Shown one piece after another: positions 38,244-48,587 of a stretch of 64,000 nt of DNA; the stretch's first letter is position 1; the number at the start of each line of letters is the position of its first letter. The stretch is from Pseudonocardiales bacterium (GTDB lineage: Bacteria; Actinomycetota; Actinomycetes; Mycobacteriales; Jatrophihabitantaceae): positions 25,749 through 89,748 of the forward strand of contig JAVHVD010000031.1 in the NCBI GenBank assembly GCA_032160745.1, given 5' to 3'. The translations under genes and the position numbers were made by a program. The notes beneath the pieces are model-generated. The model saw only the letters and a program-made list of their open reading frames with translations. It did not search any database and had not been told where the DNA came from.

Positions 38244-38879
38244 TCACTCGGGCAGGACGAGGTACCACGTCGCGGTGACCGCGGCGTGCACCTCCACCTG
38301 TTGCGGGGTGAGATCGAGCGAGGCAACGTCGGGCGGGCCGCCGCCGCGCCACGAGTCCATCGACGCGGTCTGCATGTGGAAGTGGCTGCCACCCTCGTCG
38401 CGCAGTTCGACCAGTCGGCCCAGGACGCCACCGAGCGTGGCCGCGTAACGCTCGGCCCGGGTTCGCGCCTCGTGGACTACCCGGCCCTGCAGCTCGGCAT
38501 GGACGGCCGCGTCAGGCCCCAACCGCCAGTGCGGGCCGTCGAGAGCGACGTCGGGCACCGCCGCGACGGTGTTGGCGACTTCGCCGACCAGTGCGAGGTC
38601 GGCGCCGGTGAGCGTCATCGTCCGCTCGGCGTGCCAGTTGCTGCGCTTCGCACCGTCCGGCCAGTTCGTCATCGGGCCGTGACCGATCTCGACCGAGGCG
38701 GGCAGCCGGGCCACTGCGGCTTCGAGCTGGGCGTATCGGGTGATGAGCGTCTTCGCCGCCTTGGCCGTGTCCCCGGCGTGCGCGGCGACCCGGGCCGTGA
38801 TGACGAACGAATCGGGAAGCGCCGCGCCCTGCGCGTTCGCGCTCACGGTCACCCTGGGCAGTGCGGCCGGCGACGTCAT
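38244..38879 (-). CDS. SIMPL (DUF541) domain protein
   Basis: VTVSANA...ALPD, EARTRAERYAATLGGVLGRLVEL, LTPQQVEVHAAVTATW; ATG 38879. Confidence 0.75.
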   Translation of the reverse strand: MTSPAALPRVTVSANAQGAALPDSFVITARVAAHAGDTAKAAKTLITRYAQLEAAVARLPASVEIGHGPMTNWPDGAKRSNWHAERTMTLTGADLALVGEVANTVAAVPDVALDGPHWRLGPDAAVHAELQGRVVHEARTRAERYAATLGGVLGRLVELRDEGGSHFHMQTASMDSWRGGGPPDVASLDLTPQQVEVHAAVTATWYLVLPE

Positions 38880-38914
38880 GTCCCGAACGGTAGCGGGCTC
38901 GCTACGGTAGCGGC

Positions 38915-39991
38915 ATGCCCGTCGCGCTCGATGCCACCTCCATCCAAATCGCACCCAAGGTCCTGCTCCATGACCACCTGGACGGCGGGCTGCGCCCGGC
39001 GACGATCATCGATCTCGCCGACCGCATCGGATACCGGGCGCTGCCCACCACCGATGCCACCGAGCTGGCGCACTGGTTCCGCGAGGCCGCCGACTCGGGC
39101 TCGCTCGAGCGCTACCTCGAGACCTTCGCGCACACCGTCGCGGTCATGCAGACGGTCGCCGGGCTGTCCCGGGTGGCCCGCGAGTGCGTCGAGGATCTTG
39201 CGGCGGACGGCGTCGTCTACGCGGAGGTCCGCTGGGCGCCGGAGCAGCACGTCGATGGCGGGCTGACGCTCGAGCAGGTCGTCGAGGCGGTGCTCTCCGG
39301 CTTCCGTGAGGGTGCGGCGGTCGCGGCGGCGGCCGGTCGCTCCATCCGGGTCGGCGCGATCGTCACCGCGATGCGGCACGCCGCGCGCTCGCGGGAGATC
39401 GCCGAGCTCGCGGTGCGCTACCGCGACGATGGCGTGGTCGGCTTCGACATCGCCGGCGCCGAGGCCGGCTTCCCGCCGAGCCGGCACCTGGACGCGTTCG
39501 AGTACCTGCGCCGCGAGAACTTCCACTTCACCATCCACGCCGGCGAGGCGTTCGGGCTGCCGTCCATCTGGGAGGCGATCCAGTGGTGCGGGACGGACCG
39601 CCTTGGACACGGGGTGCGCATCGTGGACGACATCACCGCCGGCGGCCGGCTGGGCCGGCTCGCGCAGTACGTGCGGGACAAGCGCATCCCGCTCGAGATG
39701 TGCCCCTCGTCCAACGTGCAGACCGGTGCGGCCAAGTCGATCGCCGAGCACCCGATCGGGCTGCTGCGCCGGCTGCAGTTCCGCGTCACCGTCAACACCG
39801 ACAACCGGCTGATGAGCGGCACCTCGATGAGCCGCGAGATGACCCTGCTCAGCGAGGCGTTCAACTACCAGTGGTCGGACCTGCAGTGGTTCACCATCAA
39901 CGCAATGAAGAGCGCGTTCATCGGCTTCGACGACCGGCTGGCCATCATCAACACCGCGATCAAACCGGGTTACGCCGCGTTGCTGCGCTGA
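38915..39991 (+). CDS. add: Adenosine deaminase
   Basis: [38 protein letters not shown]. Confidence 0.96.
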   Translation: MPVALDATSIQIAPKVLLHDHLDGGLRPATIIDLADRIGYRALPTTDATELAHWFREAADSGSLERYLETFAHTVAVMQTVAGLSRVARECVEDLAADGVVYAEVRWAPEQHVDGGLTLEQVVEAVLSGFREGAAVAAAAGRSIRVGAIVTAMRHAARSREIAELAVRYRDDGVVGFDIAGAEAGFPPSRHLDAFEYLRRENFHFTIHAGEAFGLPSIWEAIQWCGTDRLGHGVRIVDDITAGGRLGRLAQYVRDKRIPLEMCPSSNVQTGAAKSIAEHPIGLLRRLQFRVTVNTDNRLMSGTSMSREMTLLSEAFNYQWSDLQWFTINAMKSAFIGFDDRLAIINTAIKPGYAALLR

Positions 39992-40002
39992 GCAGTATCT
40001 GC

Positions 40003-41223
40003 TCAGCCGAGCAGGCCGCTGGCCTGCTTGGCCTGCAATACGCGCAGCGCGGCCGCGTCCACCAGCCGCCGGAACGCCGGGCTGCTCCGCGCCTTCTGCG
40101 TCAGGTCGAACGTCATCTGGGCGGCCTGGTTCGCGTTCACCGTCAGCACCATGTCGCCGCCGGCCGCGACGAAGGCGACGGCACGCTCGCCGGGTGAGTA
40201 GTTCGCGACCTGGGCCGCGGCGCCGATGTCGTCGCTGATGATCACGCCGCGGAAGCCGAGGTCGTCGCGCAGCAGCCCGGTGACGATGGGTCGGGAGAAC
40301 GCCGCCGGCACGCCGGGGTCGATCCGCGAGTAGATCGCCGTCGACATCATGACGAACGGGACGCCCGCCGCGATCGCGGCGCGGAACGGCGCGAGATAGG
40401 GGTCGTTGCGGGTCGTGATCGAGTCGGTCACCCCGCCGGAGGTGTCGGTGTTGCCGGCCACCCGGCCGAGGCCGGGGAAGTGCTTGACCGTCGCCTCGAT
40501 GCCGGCCGCGCGCATGCCCCGAGCAACGGCGAGCCCGTGCGTGGTGACAGCCGCGGGCGTCCGTCCGTACTCGCGGCTGAGGTCACCTATCGGCGGGTTC
40601 GGTCCGGAGTTCGGCGGGACGACGTCCAGCACCGGCGCGAGGTTGACGTTCACGCCGGCCTGCCGCAGTTCGTCGCCCCAGCCGCGGGCCTGCGCCTGCA
40701 GCGTCGACGGGGCGAGCGCGCCCTGCTCGACACCGCTGGGGATGCGAGTGAAACCCGGGCCCTGCAGGCGCTGGACGATCCCACCCTCCTGATCGGTGGC
40801 GATGAACAGACCCGTCCGCTTCGGCGCCAGGGTGCGCAACTCGTCGGTCACGGCGCGGGTCTCCTGCCGACCGGCGTAGCTCGTGCCGTCGAGGATCACC
40901 GACCCGACTCGATACTGGGTGATCGCCGTGCTGGTCGCCGCGGAGACGCCGGTGGTGGAGCAGTCGACCATCAGCAGCTGGCCCACCCGCTCGCGCAGGC
41001 TCATCGCGGCGAGGACGCGCTGGGCGCTCGATTGCGGCGGAGGCGGCGGCTTGGTCGACGTGGGCGCGGCGCGGCTCGACGAGGACGCCGATGAGCTGCT
41101 CGCGACCGGGCTGGTCGTCCGCACCGTCGTCGTGCCGGTCGGTGGCGTGGACGTGGTCGGGCCCGGCCCGCTCGAGCTGCAGCCGGTCAGCGCCAGTGCG
41201 GCGAGGACGAGGGCGCGGCGCAT
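40003..41223 (-). CDS. GH3 beta-N-acetylhexosaminidase-like lipoprotein
   Basis: Lipobox LTGC, S/T/P-rich linker, ATDQEGG, NLAPVLD, KHFPG, IISDD. Confidence 0.88.
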   Translation of the reverse strand: MRRALVLAALALTGCSSSGPGPTTSTPPTGTTTVRTTSPVASSSSASSSSRAAPTSTKPPPPPQSSAQRVLAAMSLRERVGQLLMVDCSTTGVSAATSTAITQYRVGSVILDGTSYAGRQETRAVTDELRTLAPKRTGLFIATDQEGGIVQRLQGPGFTRIPSGVEQGALAPSTLQAQARGWGDELRQAGVNVNLAPVLDVVPPNSGPNPPIGDLSREYGRTPAAVTTHGLAVARGMRAAGIEATVKHFPGLGRVAGNTDTSGGVTDSITTRNDPYLAPFRAAIAAGVPFVMMSTAIYSRIDPGVPAAFSRPIVTGLLRDDLGFRGVIISDDIGAAAQVANYSPGERAVAFVAAGGDMVLTVNANQAAQMTFDLTQKARSSPAFRRLVDAAALRVLQAKQASGLLG

Positions 41224-41232
41224 GCTCAGACC

Positions 41233-42747
41233 CTACGGAGCCCAGTCGAAGGTGCGGGTGACCGCCTTCTTCCAGTCGCCGTACATGCTCTCCCGCTGCT
41301 CGGCGTCCATCGTGGGTCGCCACTCCCGATCGGCCGCCCAGTTGGCGCGGATCTCGTCGGTGGACGACCAGAAGCCGACCGCAAGACCGGCTGCGTACGC
41401 CGCGCCGAGCGCCGTCGTCTCGGCCACTACCGGCCGCACCACGGGCACGTCCAGCACGTCGGCCTGGAACTGCATGAGCAGCTCGTTGACGACCATCCCG
41501 CCGTCCACCTTCAGCGACGTGAGATCCACGCCGGAGTCGGCGTTCATCGCCTCGACCACCTCGCGGGTCTGGAAGGCGGTGGCTTCGAGCGCGGCCCGCG
41601 CGAGGTGGCCGCGGTTGACGAACCGGGTGAGTCCGACGATCGCGCCGCGGGCGTCCGGGCGCCAGTACGGCGCAAACAGCCCGGAGAACGCCGGTACGAA
41701 GTACGCGCCGCCGTTGTCGCCGACCGAGCGGGCGAGCGCCTCGATGTCGTCGGCGGACGAGATCAGCCCGAGGTTGTCGCGCAGCCACTGGACGAGGGAG
41801 CCGGTGACCGCGATCGAGCCCTCCAGCGCGTAGACCGGCGCCTGGTCGGGCAGCGCGTAGCAGACGGTGGTCAGCAGGCCGTTCTCGCTGAGCACCTTGT
41901 CGGTGCCGGTGTTGAGCAGCAGGAAGTTGCCGGTGCCATAGGTGTTCTTGGCCTCGCCCGGCTCGAGACAGGCCTGCCCGAACGTGGCCGCCTGCTGGTC
42001 GCCGAGGATGCCGGCGATCGGGACGCCGGCCAGCGGGCCGCGAGCGCGGACCGTCCCGTACACCTCCGAGGACGTGCGGATCTCGGGCAGCATCGCCACC
42101 GGTACGCCGATCTCCGCGGCGATCTCTGGCACCCACTGGAGCGTGTCGAGGTCCATGAGCATCGTGCGCGAGGCATTGGTGGGGTCGGTGACGTGCACGC
42201 CGCCGTCCGGTCCGCCGGTCAGGTTCCACAGCAACCAGCTGTCGATCGTCCCGAACGCGAGCTCGCCGTTTTCGGCTCGCGCGGGGGCGCCGTCGACGTT
42301 GTCGAGGATCCAGCGGGCCTTGGGTCCGGCGAAATAGGTGGCGAGCGGCAGACCGACCCGGTCACGGTAGCGGTCGGTCCCACCGCCCAGCGCCCCGAGC
42401 TCGTTGCAGATCTGCTGGGTGCGGGTGTCCTGCCAGACGATTGCCGGGCCGATCGGCTGGCCGGTGCTCCGGTCCCACACCACCGTGGTCTCCCGCTGGT
42501 TGGTGATCCCGATCGCGGCGACGTCGCCTGACGTGCACTCCGCCTTGGCCAGCGCGCCACCCATGACCGTGCGCGTGTTCGACCAGATCTGGGCCGCATC
42601 GTGCTCGACCCAGCCCCGACGCGGCAGCTGCTGGTCGTGCTCGAGCTGCTCGATCGCGACCACCCGGGCCTCGTGATCGAACAACATGCAGCGGGTGGAT
42701 GTCGTGCCCTGGTCGATCGCGGCGACGACGGTCGGCGGGTCGGTCAC
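41233..42747 (-). CDS. glpK: Glycerol kinase
   Basis: [51 protein letters not shown]; true GTG start at 42747 (track ORF is over-extended). Confidence 0.95.
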   Translation of the reverse strand: MTDPPTVVAAIDQGTTSTRCMLFDHEARVVAIEQLEHDQQLPRRGWVEHDAAQIWSNTRTVMGGALAKAECTSGDVAAIGITNQRETTVVWDRSTGQPIGPAIVWQDTRTQQICNELGALGGGTDRYRDRVGLPLATYFAGPKARWILDNVDGAPARAENGELAFGTIDSWLLWNLTGGPDGGVHVTDPTNASRTMLMDLDTLQWVPEIAAEIGVPVAMLPEIRTSSEVYGTVRARGPLAGVPIAGILGDQQAATFGQACLEPGEAKNTYGTGNFLLLNTGTDKVLSENGLLTTVCYALPDQAPVYALEGSIAVTGSLVQWLRDNLGLISSADDIEALARSVGDNGGAYFVPAFSGLFAPYWRPDARGAIVGLTRFVNRGHLARAALEATAFQTREVVEAMNADSGVDLTSLKVDGGMVVNELLMQFQADVLDVPVVRPVVAETTALGAAYAAGLAVGFWSSTDEIRANWAADREWRPTMDAEQRESMYGDWKKAVTRTFDWAP

Positions 42748-42765
42748 TGCGCTAGCGTGCCAGGT
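42748..42765. promoter_or_regulatory. Bidirectional leaderless promoter between glpK and glpD
   Basis: TAGCGT (+, 42753-42758) and CACGCT (-, 42759-42754) overlap, 7 and 6 nt before the two GTG starts. Confidence 0.55.
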
Positions 42766-44547
42766 GTGCAGGTTGCCGTCCCGCAGATCCCCAAGGGCGG
42801 CGCGGCATCGCGCCTCGACGGGGCCTACCGCGAGGCGTCCTGGGCCCGGTTGGCCGAGGACGAGTTCGACGTGGTCGTGCTCGGCGGCGGGGTCACCGGC
42901 GCCGGTGCCGCTCTGGACGCCGCCACCCGGGGCCTGTCCGTCGCGCTGATCGAGGCGCGGGACTGGGCCGCGGGCACCTCGAGCCGCTCGTCCAAGCTCT
43001 TCCACGGCGGCCTGCGCTATCTCGAGCAGCTCGAGTTCGGGCTGGTGCGTGAGGCGCTGCGCGAGCGGGAGTTGATGCTCACCCGGCTCGCGCCGCACCT
43101 CGTCAAGCCGGTGCCGTTCCTGTATCCGCTGACCCATCGCGGGTGGGAGCGGCCCTACGTCGCGTCCGGGCTCACCCTCTACGACACGATCGGCGGGCAC
43201 AGCAGCCTGCCGCGGCAGAAGCAGCTGTCCCGCCGGGCCGCGCTGCGCATGTTTCCCGGGCTGCGCGACGACGCGTTCGTCGGCGCGGTGCGGTACTACG
43301 ACGCCCAGGTCGACGACGCGCGGCACACGCTCACCGTTGCCCGCACCGCGGCTCGCTACGGCGCCGTCGTGCGGACCTCGACCCAGGCGGTCGGCTTCGT
43401 GCGGGAGTCCGACCGGGTGGTCGGGGTGACCGTCCGCGACGCGGAGGACGGTCGGGAGACGACGGTGCGGGCGGGTGTCGTGATCAACTGCACCGGCGTC
43501 TGGACGGACGGCATCCAGGCGCTGTCCGGCGGACGCGGCCGGTTCCGCGTCCGTGCATCCAAGGGCGTGCACATCGTCGTCGCTCGGGAGCGGATCACCG
43601 GCGACGCCGGCCTGATCCTGCGCACCCCGTCGTCGGTGCTGTTCGTCATCCCGTGGAAGAACCACTGGCTGATCGGGACGACCGACACCGACTGGAACCT
43701 CGATCTCGCGCATCCGGCGGCGACCAAGTCCGACATCGACTACCTGCTCGCCTGCGTGAATGCGGTCCTGGTCGCGCCACTGACGCACGACGACATCGAG
43801 GGTGTGTACGCCGGCCTGCGCCCGCTGCTGGCCGGGGAGTCGGAGGAGACGTCGGCCCTGTCGCGTGAGCACGCGGTCGCCCGGGTCGTGCCGGGCCTGG
43901 TCTCGATCGCCGGCGGCAAGTACACGACCTACCGGGTGATGGCCGCCGACGCGATGGACGCCGCGGCCGGTGAACTCCTCAAGCGGGTCGCGCCGTCGTG
44001 CACCGATCAAGTTCCGCTGCTCGGCGCTGATGGCTTCTTCGCGATGCAGAACCAGATCGAGTCGCTGGGCCGGGAGTACGGACTGCATCCGTACCGCGTC
44101 CGGCACGTGCTCGACCGCTACGGCTCGATGATCCGCGACGTCCTCGAACCCGGGCTGGCCGAGCGCGGCCTGCTGGAGACGGTGCCCGGCGCGCCCGACT
44201 ATCTCCTGGCCGAGATCCGGTACGCGGTCACGCACGAGGGGGCGCTGCACCTGGAGGACGTGCTGACCCGCCGGACCCGCATCTCGATCGAATACCCGCA
44301 CCGCGGGGTGGAGTCCGCGCCGGCGGTGGCCGAGTTGATCGGCGGGATCCTCGGCTGGTCGGAGGCCCAGCAGGCCACGGAGGTCGCAGGGTATGTCGCC
44401 CGGGTCGACGCCGAGCGGGCGTCCCAGTCACGTGCCGACGACGCAGCGGCCGACGCCGTCCGCACGGCCGCCCCGGAGATCCGCGCCGCGCTGCGCGCCG
44501 GGAGCCCGGTCAGTCCTGGGGCTGGAAGCAGGTCCGGATCTCGGTGA
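42766..44547 (+). CDS. glpD: FAD-dependent glycerol-3-phosphate dehydrogenase
   Basis: [49 protein letters not shown]. Confidence 0.94.
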   Translation: MQVAVPQIPKGGAASRLDGAYREASWARLAEDEFDVVVLGGGVTGAGAALDAATRGLSVALIEARDWAAGTSSRSSKLFHGGLRYLEQLEFGLVREALRERELMLTRLAPHLVKPVPFLYPLTHRGWERPYVASGLTLYDTIGGHSSLPRQKQLSRRAALRMFPGLRDDAFVGAVRYYDAQVDDARHTLTVARTAARYGAVVRTSTQAVGFVRESDRVVGVTVRDAEDGRETTVRAGVVINCTGVWTDGIQALSGGRGRFRVRASKGVHIVVARERITGDAGLILRTPSSVLFVIPWKNHWLIGTTDTDWNLDLAHPAATKSDIDYLLACVNAVLVAPLTHDDIEGVYAGLRPLLAGESEETSALSREHAVARVVPGLVSIAGGKYTTYRVMAADAMDAAAGELLKRVAPSCTDQVPLLGADGFFAMQNQIESLGREYGLHPYRVRHVLDRYGSMIRDVLEPGLAERGLLETVPGAPDYLLAEIRYAVTHEGALHLEDVLTRRTRISIEYPHRGVESAPAVAELIGGILGWSEAQQATEVAGYVARVDAERASQSRADDAAADAVRTAAPEIRAALRAGSPVSPGAGSRSGSR

Positions 44548-45550
44548 TCAGGTCGGTCCAGTCGTCCTTGTCGATCGAAGGTCGGTCGAGCACGTCGAGG
44601 TCGGCCTCGAGACCGCAGAACTCGGCGAGCTCGCGGACCAACTCGGCCCCCTCGGGCGAGGGCTTGCGCAGGTCGTAGCGGGCGTCCTCGTCGGGCGCGA
44701 AGCTGTCGTCGTCCTCCTCGTCGGCGAGTTCAGCCCACCACTCGAGCTTCACGAGGCGGTGCTCCTTGGCCGTGCGGCAGTAGCGCGCCAGGTCGGCGAC
44801 CTCGGTGAAGACGGCGACGTAGTCGTCGCCGCCGATGAACACGACCTCGACGTCGTTTCCCTCGATGTCGGCGAGGATCTCGCCGCGGACGGTCAGGTAG
44901 GTGGCGTCGGGGAGCACGACCTCGATGGGCTGAGCGCCCACCCGCTCCCACAGGGTCTCGTCCTCGCTGAAGTCGCTGGTCGTGAAGTCGCCCTGCCAGG
45001 ACAGCCAGGAGTCGACGCGGCTGATCGCCCGCTCCCACGAGTCGGCGATGGTGTCACCGAGCTCGTTCCAGCGCTTGCGACCGTCCTTGCCCTGGTAACT
45101 GACCTCCGCGTCGACCAGCTCGGCGTAGGCGGGGGTGCCCTCGACGAGCCGGCGCAGCGCGCCGTCGTCGCAGCAGTCGGCGATGCGGCCGACCATGTCG
45201 ACCACGTTGGCGAGAGCGGAGACGTGGATCGGGTCGGGCTCGTCACCAGCCCACTCGTAGACCGCATCGAGGTCGTAGTGGTCCTCGCTGGACGGGCGCA
45301 GGTCGTCGGGCGTGGCCCGCAGGATCTGGCCCCATCCCGGGTGGTCGGACAGGTCGTTCTCCTCGCCCGATGCGATGAACGCGGCGAGGTCGGCGGTGTT
45401 CGGGTAGAGGAGGATCTTCGCGCCGTCACCGAGGAAGCCCTGCCACTCGTCGCCGTCCGCGTCCTCCCACGGCGGTGCGTACAGGGTGAGTCCGGTGCGG
45501 TCGTTCACGGTCAACGTGATCGGGACGATCGGCGCGTTCGAGCTCGTCAT
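44510..45550 (-). CDS. Conserved actinobacterial acidic hypothetical protein (Rv3311-like)
   Basis: IVPI.L...TLYAPPW...DEWQGFLG...NDLSDHP.W pattern; lies in the add/deoA/upp neighbourhood. Confidence 0.75.
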   Translation of the reverse strand: MTSSNAPIVPITLTVNDRTGLTLYAPPWEDADGDEWQGFLGDGAKILLYPNTADLAAFIASGEENDLSDHPGWGQILRATPDDLRPSSEDHYDLDAVYEWAGDEPDPIHVSALANVVDMVGRIADCCDDGALRRLVEGTPAYAELVDAEVSYQGKDGRKRWNELGDTIADSWERAISRVDSWLSWQGDFTTSDFSEDETLWERVGAQPIEVVLPDATYLTVRGEILADIEGNDVEVVFIGGDDYVAVFTEVADLARYCRTAKEHRLVKLEWWAELADEEDDDSFAPDEDARYDLRKPSPEGAELVRELAEFCGLEADLDVLDRPSIDKDDWTDLITEIRTCFQPQD

Positions 45551-45602
45551 ACGGCGAACCTATCTCGACGGCTGAGCAGCGACAGAGGCTGGGGGATGTG
45601 CT

Positions 45603-45759
45603 TCCAGCCGATCGGGGTCTGCTCGCAACTCTGCAACATGGGCCGGCACCCGCTCCCGTTGCCGCCCCGTCGCACTGATGCGAGCAGACCCCGATCAACC
45701 GGAGCACCACTGTCCGGCCGCCGCGGTGCATGCGTGCGAGCAGACCCCGATCGGCTGGA
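45603..45759. repeat. Three copies of a 25-bp repeat (one inverted)
   Basis: TGCGAGCAGACCCCGATCGGCTGGA at 45735-45759; exact reverse complement at 45603-45627; 22/25 copy at 45679-45703. Confidence 0.9.
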
Positions 45760-45826
45760 CACAGGGTTGTCCACAGCTCCAGCCAGGCCCACACGCAATG
45801 GACCAGGCGCGCGGCACAGTGAAGCA

Positions 45827-46282
45827 GTGGACTCCGGGGCCTGGTTGCGCGCAGCACGGCGATCGCGCCGGGTGAGTCAGCGCGAGCTCGCCGCGCTCGC
45901 CGGCTGCGCGCCGTCGCAGGTCGGTCGCATCGAGTCGGGCGCAACTACGCCGCGCCTGGACACCGTGCTCGTCCTTCTGCGGGCCCTCGGCTACGAGCTC
46001 GCGATCGCCGATCCCCGGGGTCGGCTGCTTGACGTCGATTCAGATCACGAACGGCTCGTCGATCGCGGGGGCCGGCACTTTCCAGCCCATCTCGAAGCCG
46101 GAAAGACACCCGGCTACTTCGAGCACGGTGCGCGCACCTGGTGGGGATGGCATCACGTGGCGTGGCCGTTCGGCCCCGACGAAGCCCCGGAGCACACCTA
46201 CTGGCGCCGGCCCGCTCCGCCCGGCTCGGGCAAGTGGGGCTTCCTCGACGAACGCTTCGAACCGTGGGACGACGCGACCTAG
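45827..46282 (+). CDS. XRE-family helix-turn-helix protein with Trp-rich C-terminal domain
   Basis: LRAARRSRRVSQRELAALAGCAPSQVGRIESG.TTPRLDT (XRE HTH), then DRGGRHFPAHL; GTG 45827 preceded by CACAGT. Confidence 0.8.
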   Translation: MDSGAWLRAARRSRRVSQRELAALAGCAPSQVGRIESGATTPRLDTVLVLLRALGYELAIADPRGRLLDVDSDHERLVDRGGRHFPAHLEAGKTPGYFEHGARTWWGWHHVAWPFGPDEAPEHTYWRRPAPPGSGKWGFLDERFEPWDDAT

Positions 46283-46292
46283 CAACCCGGCG

Positions 46293-47159
46293 CTACACGC
46301 CGATCGGGTGCCACACCGTCTTCGTCTCGACGAACGCGTTCAGCCGAGACAACCCCGGCGCGGCCGCCCAGTCCTCGTCGCGCGGCACGAAGACCCGCTT
46401 GACGTTGTCCGCCGCCGCGGCCTGCAGGTCAGCCCGGGCGCCGGCCGTCGCGCCCGTCAGGTCGATCGCGTTCACGTCCCGGTGCGAGGCCAACCAGGGC
46501 GCCAGCTCCGCGGTGAACCCGGTGAGCAGGTTGACCACCCCACCCGGCAGGTCCGACGTGGCCAGCACCTCGGCCAGTGAGATCGCCGGGAGCGGCCGGT
46601 CCTGCGACGCCACGACGACCGCGGTGTTACCCGTCGTCAACACGGGAGCCACGACCGACACCAGCCCCAGCAGCGAGGACGCCTGCGGCGCCAGCACCGC
46701 CACCACCCCCGTCGGCTCGGGCAGCGAGAAGTTGAAGTACGGACCGGCCACCGGGTTCGTCGAGCCGACGATCTGCGCGTACTTGTCCGCCCACCCGGCG
46801 TAGTGCACCCAACGATCGATCGCCGCGTCGACCTGGGCCGCCGCCGCCCGCCCCGAGACGCCCTCGGCCGAGGTCACCTCGGCCGCGAACTGCGCCGCCC
46901 GGCCCTCGAGCATCTCGGCCACCCGGTACAGCACCTGCCCACGGTTGTACGCCGTGGCGCCCGTCCAGCCGCCAACCGCGCCCCGGGCGGCAACCACTGC
47001 GTCGCGGACGTCCTTGCGCGACGCCTGCGCCGCGTGCGCGAGCAGCGTCCCCTTCGCGTCGGAGACCGGGTACGACCGTCCCGACTCCGAGCGCGGGAAC
47101 GCGCCGCCGATGTAGAGCTTGTACGTCTTGCGCACGCCGATCCGTCCCGACTCAGACAT
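46293..47159 (-). CDS. Short aldehyde dehydrogenase family protein (NAD-binding-like domain only)
   Basis: KTYKLYIGGAFPRSESGR, YAGWADK, EPTGVV, LPGGVVNLLTG, ETKTVWHP; no ELGG or catalytic Cys domain. Confidence 0.85.
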   Translation of the reverse strand: MSESGRIGVRKTYKLYIGGAFPRSESGRSYPVSDAKGTLLAHAAQASRKDVRDAVVAARGAVGGWTGATAYNRGQVLYRVAEMLEGRAAQFAAEVTSAEGVSGRAAAAQVDAAIDRWVHYAGWADKYAQIVGSTNPVAGPYFNFSLPEPTGVVAVLAPQASSLLGLVSVVAPVLTTGNTAVVVASQDRPLPAISLAEVLATSDLPGGVVNLLTGFTAELAPWLASHRDVNAIDLTGATAGARADLQAAAADNVKRVFVPRDEDWAAAPGLSRLNAFVETKTVWHPIGV

Positions 47160-48585
47160 CGAGGTACGCCGCCAATCCGTGCCGGCCGCCTTCGCGGCCG
47201 AAGCCCGACTCCTTGTACCCGCCGAACGGCGCCGACGGGTCGAAGCGGTTGAACGTGTTGGCCCAGACGACTCCGGCCCGCAGCCGGTTCGCCATTGACA
47301 GGATCCGCGAACCCTTGTCCGTCCACACGCCGGCCGACAGCCCGTAGGGCGTGTTGTTCGCCTTGGCGACCGCCTCGTCGGGCGTCCGGAAGGTGAGCAC
47401 CGACAGCACCGGCCCGAAGATCTCCTCCTGGGCGATGCGGTGCGCCTGGGAGACACCGGTGAAGACCGTCGGCGCGAACCAGAAGCCGCGGTCGGGCAGA
47501 TCGCACGGCGGCGACCAGCGTGTCGCCCCCTCGGCCTCACCCGCCGCGGACAGCTCACGGATTCGCGCCAGCTGCGCCGCCGAGTTGATCGCACCGATGT
47601 CGGTGTTCTTGTCCAGCGGATGCCCGAGGCGCAACGTCGCCAGCCGGCGGTGCAGCGCCGCGATCAGCTCGTCCTCGATCGACTCCTGGACGAGCAGTCG
47701 CGAGCCGGCGCAGCACACCTGGCCCTGGTTGAAGAAGATCCCGTTGACGATGCCCTCGACCGCCTGGTCGATCGGCGCGTCGTCGAAGACGATGTTCGCT
47801 GCCTTGCCGCCCAGCTCGAGCGTCAGCTTCTTGCCGCTGCCGGCGATCGCCCGCTGAATCGACTTGCCGACCTCGGTCGACCCCGTGAATGCGATCTTGT
47901 CGACACCGTCGTGCTCGACGATCGCCTGTCCGATGGAGGGCCCGCCGGCGAGGACGTTGACGACGCCGGGCGGCAGGTCCGCCTCGGCGATGATCTCGGC
48001 CAGTACCAGTGCCGTCAGGGGCGTCGTCTCGGCCGGCTTGAGCACGACCGTGTTTCCGGCCGCCAGCGCCGGGGCGATCTTCCATGCCGCCATCAGCAGC
48101 GGGAAGTTCCAGGGGATCACCTGGCCGGCCACGCCGAGGGCGCGAGGTGACGGCCCGAAGCCGGCGTAGTCGAGCTTGTCGGCCCAGCCCGCGTAGTAGA
48201 AGAAGTGCGCGGCCGCGGTCGGGATGTCGACGTCGCGCGACTCGCGGATCGGCTTGCCGTTGTCGAGGGACTCGAGGACTGCGAGCTCGCGGCCGCGCTC
48301 CTGGATCGCGCGGGCGATCCGGAACAGGTACTTGCCTCGCTCGGCTCCCGACATCGCCGACCACGGCCCGTCGAATGCCCGCCGGGCCGCGCGGACGGCG
48401 TCCTCGACGTCAGACGGTCCGGCCTCGGCGACCTCGGCCAGCGGCTCCTCGTCGGCCGGATTGATGGTCTTGATCGCCTCGCCCGATCCGTCGCGGAACG
48501 CGCCGTCGACGAAGATCTGGTAGCTCGGCTTGAGCCGGGCGATGTCGCGCGACTCGGGTGCGGGTGCGTAGTCAAAGGCAGCCAT
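47152..48585 (-). CDS. Aldehyde dehydrogenase
   Basis: IPWNFP, LKPAE, FTGST, LELGGK, FNQGQVCCAG, EEIFGP, PFGGYKESG. Confidence 0.95.
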   Translation of the reverse strand: MAAFDYAPAPESRDIARLKPSYQIFVDGAFRDGSGEAIKTINPADEEPLAEVAEAGPSDVEDAVRAARRAFDGPWSAMSGAERGKYLFRIARAIQERGRELAVLESLDNGKPIRESRDVDIPTAAAHFFYYAGWADKLDYAGFGPSPRALGVAGQVIPWNFPLLMAAWKIAPALAAGNTVVLKPAETTPLTALVLAEIIAEADLPPGVVNVLAGGPSIGQAIVEHDGVDKIAFTGSTEVGKSIQRAIAGSGKKLTLELGGKAANIVFDDAPIDQAVEGIVNGIFFNQGQVCCAGSRLLVQESIEDELIAALHRRLATLRLGHPLDKNTDIGAINSAAQLARIRELSAAGEAEGATRWSPPCDLPDRGFWFAPTVFTGVSQAHRIAQEEIFGPVLSVLTFRTPDEAVAKANNTPYGLSAGVWTDKGSRILSMANRLRAGVVWANTFNRFDPSAPFGGYKESGFGREGGRHGLAAYLDV

Positions 48586-48587
48586 CG

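Noticed and set aside
41030-41180. Low-complexity S/T/P repeats (also 31200-31290)
   Set aside because: Ordinary lipoprotein linkers, not DNA repeat elements.
41233-44301. Apparent 1022-aa glycerol kinase fusion
   Set aside because: The first ~518 codons are the antisense of glpD; GlpK homology begins at GTG 42747.
44510-44547. 38-nt convergent overlap of glpD and the neighbouring gene
   Set aside because: Short 3' overlaps with low-complexity tails are common in GC-rich genomes; no further signal.
45603-45759. Possible mini-CRISPR array
   Set aside because: Only three copies, one inverted, unequal spacing (51 and 31 nt) and no cas genes.
44393-46282. Apparent 629-aa protein ending in an XRE domain
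   Set aside because: The upstream part is antisense to the 44510-45550 gene and runs through the repeat region; the plausible gene starts at 45827.
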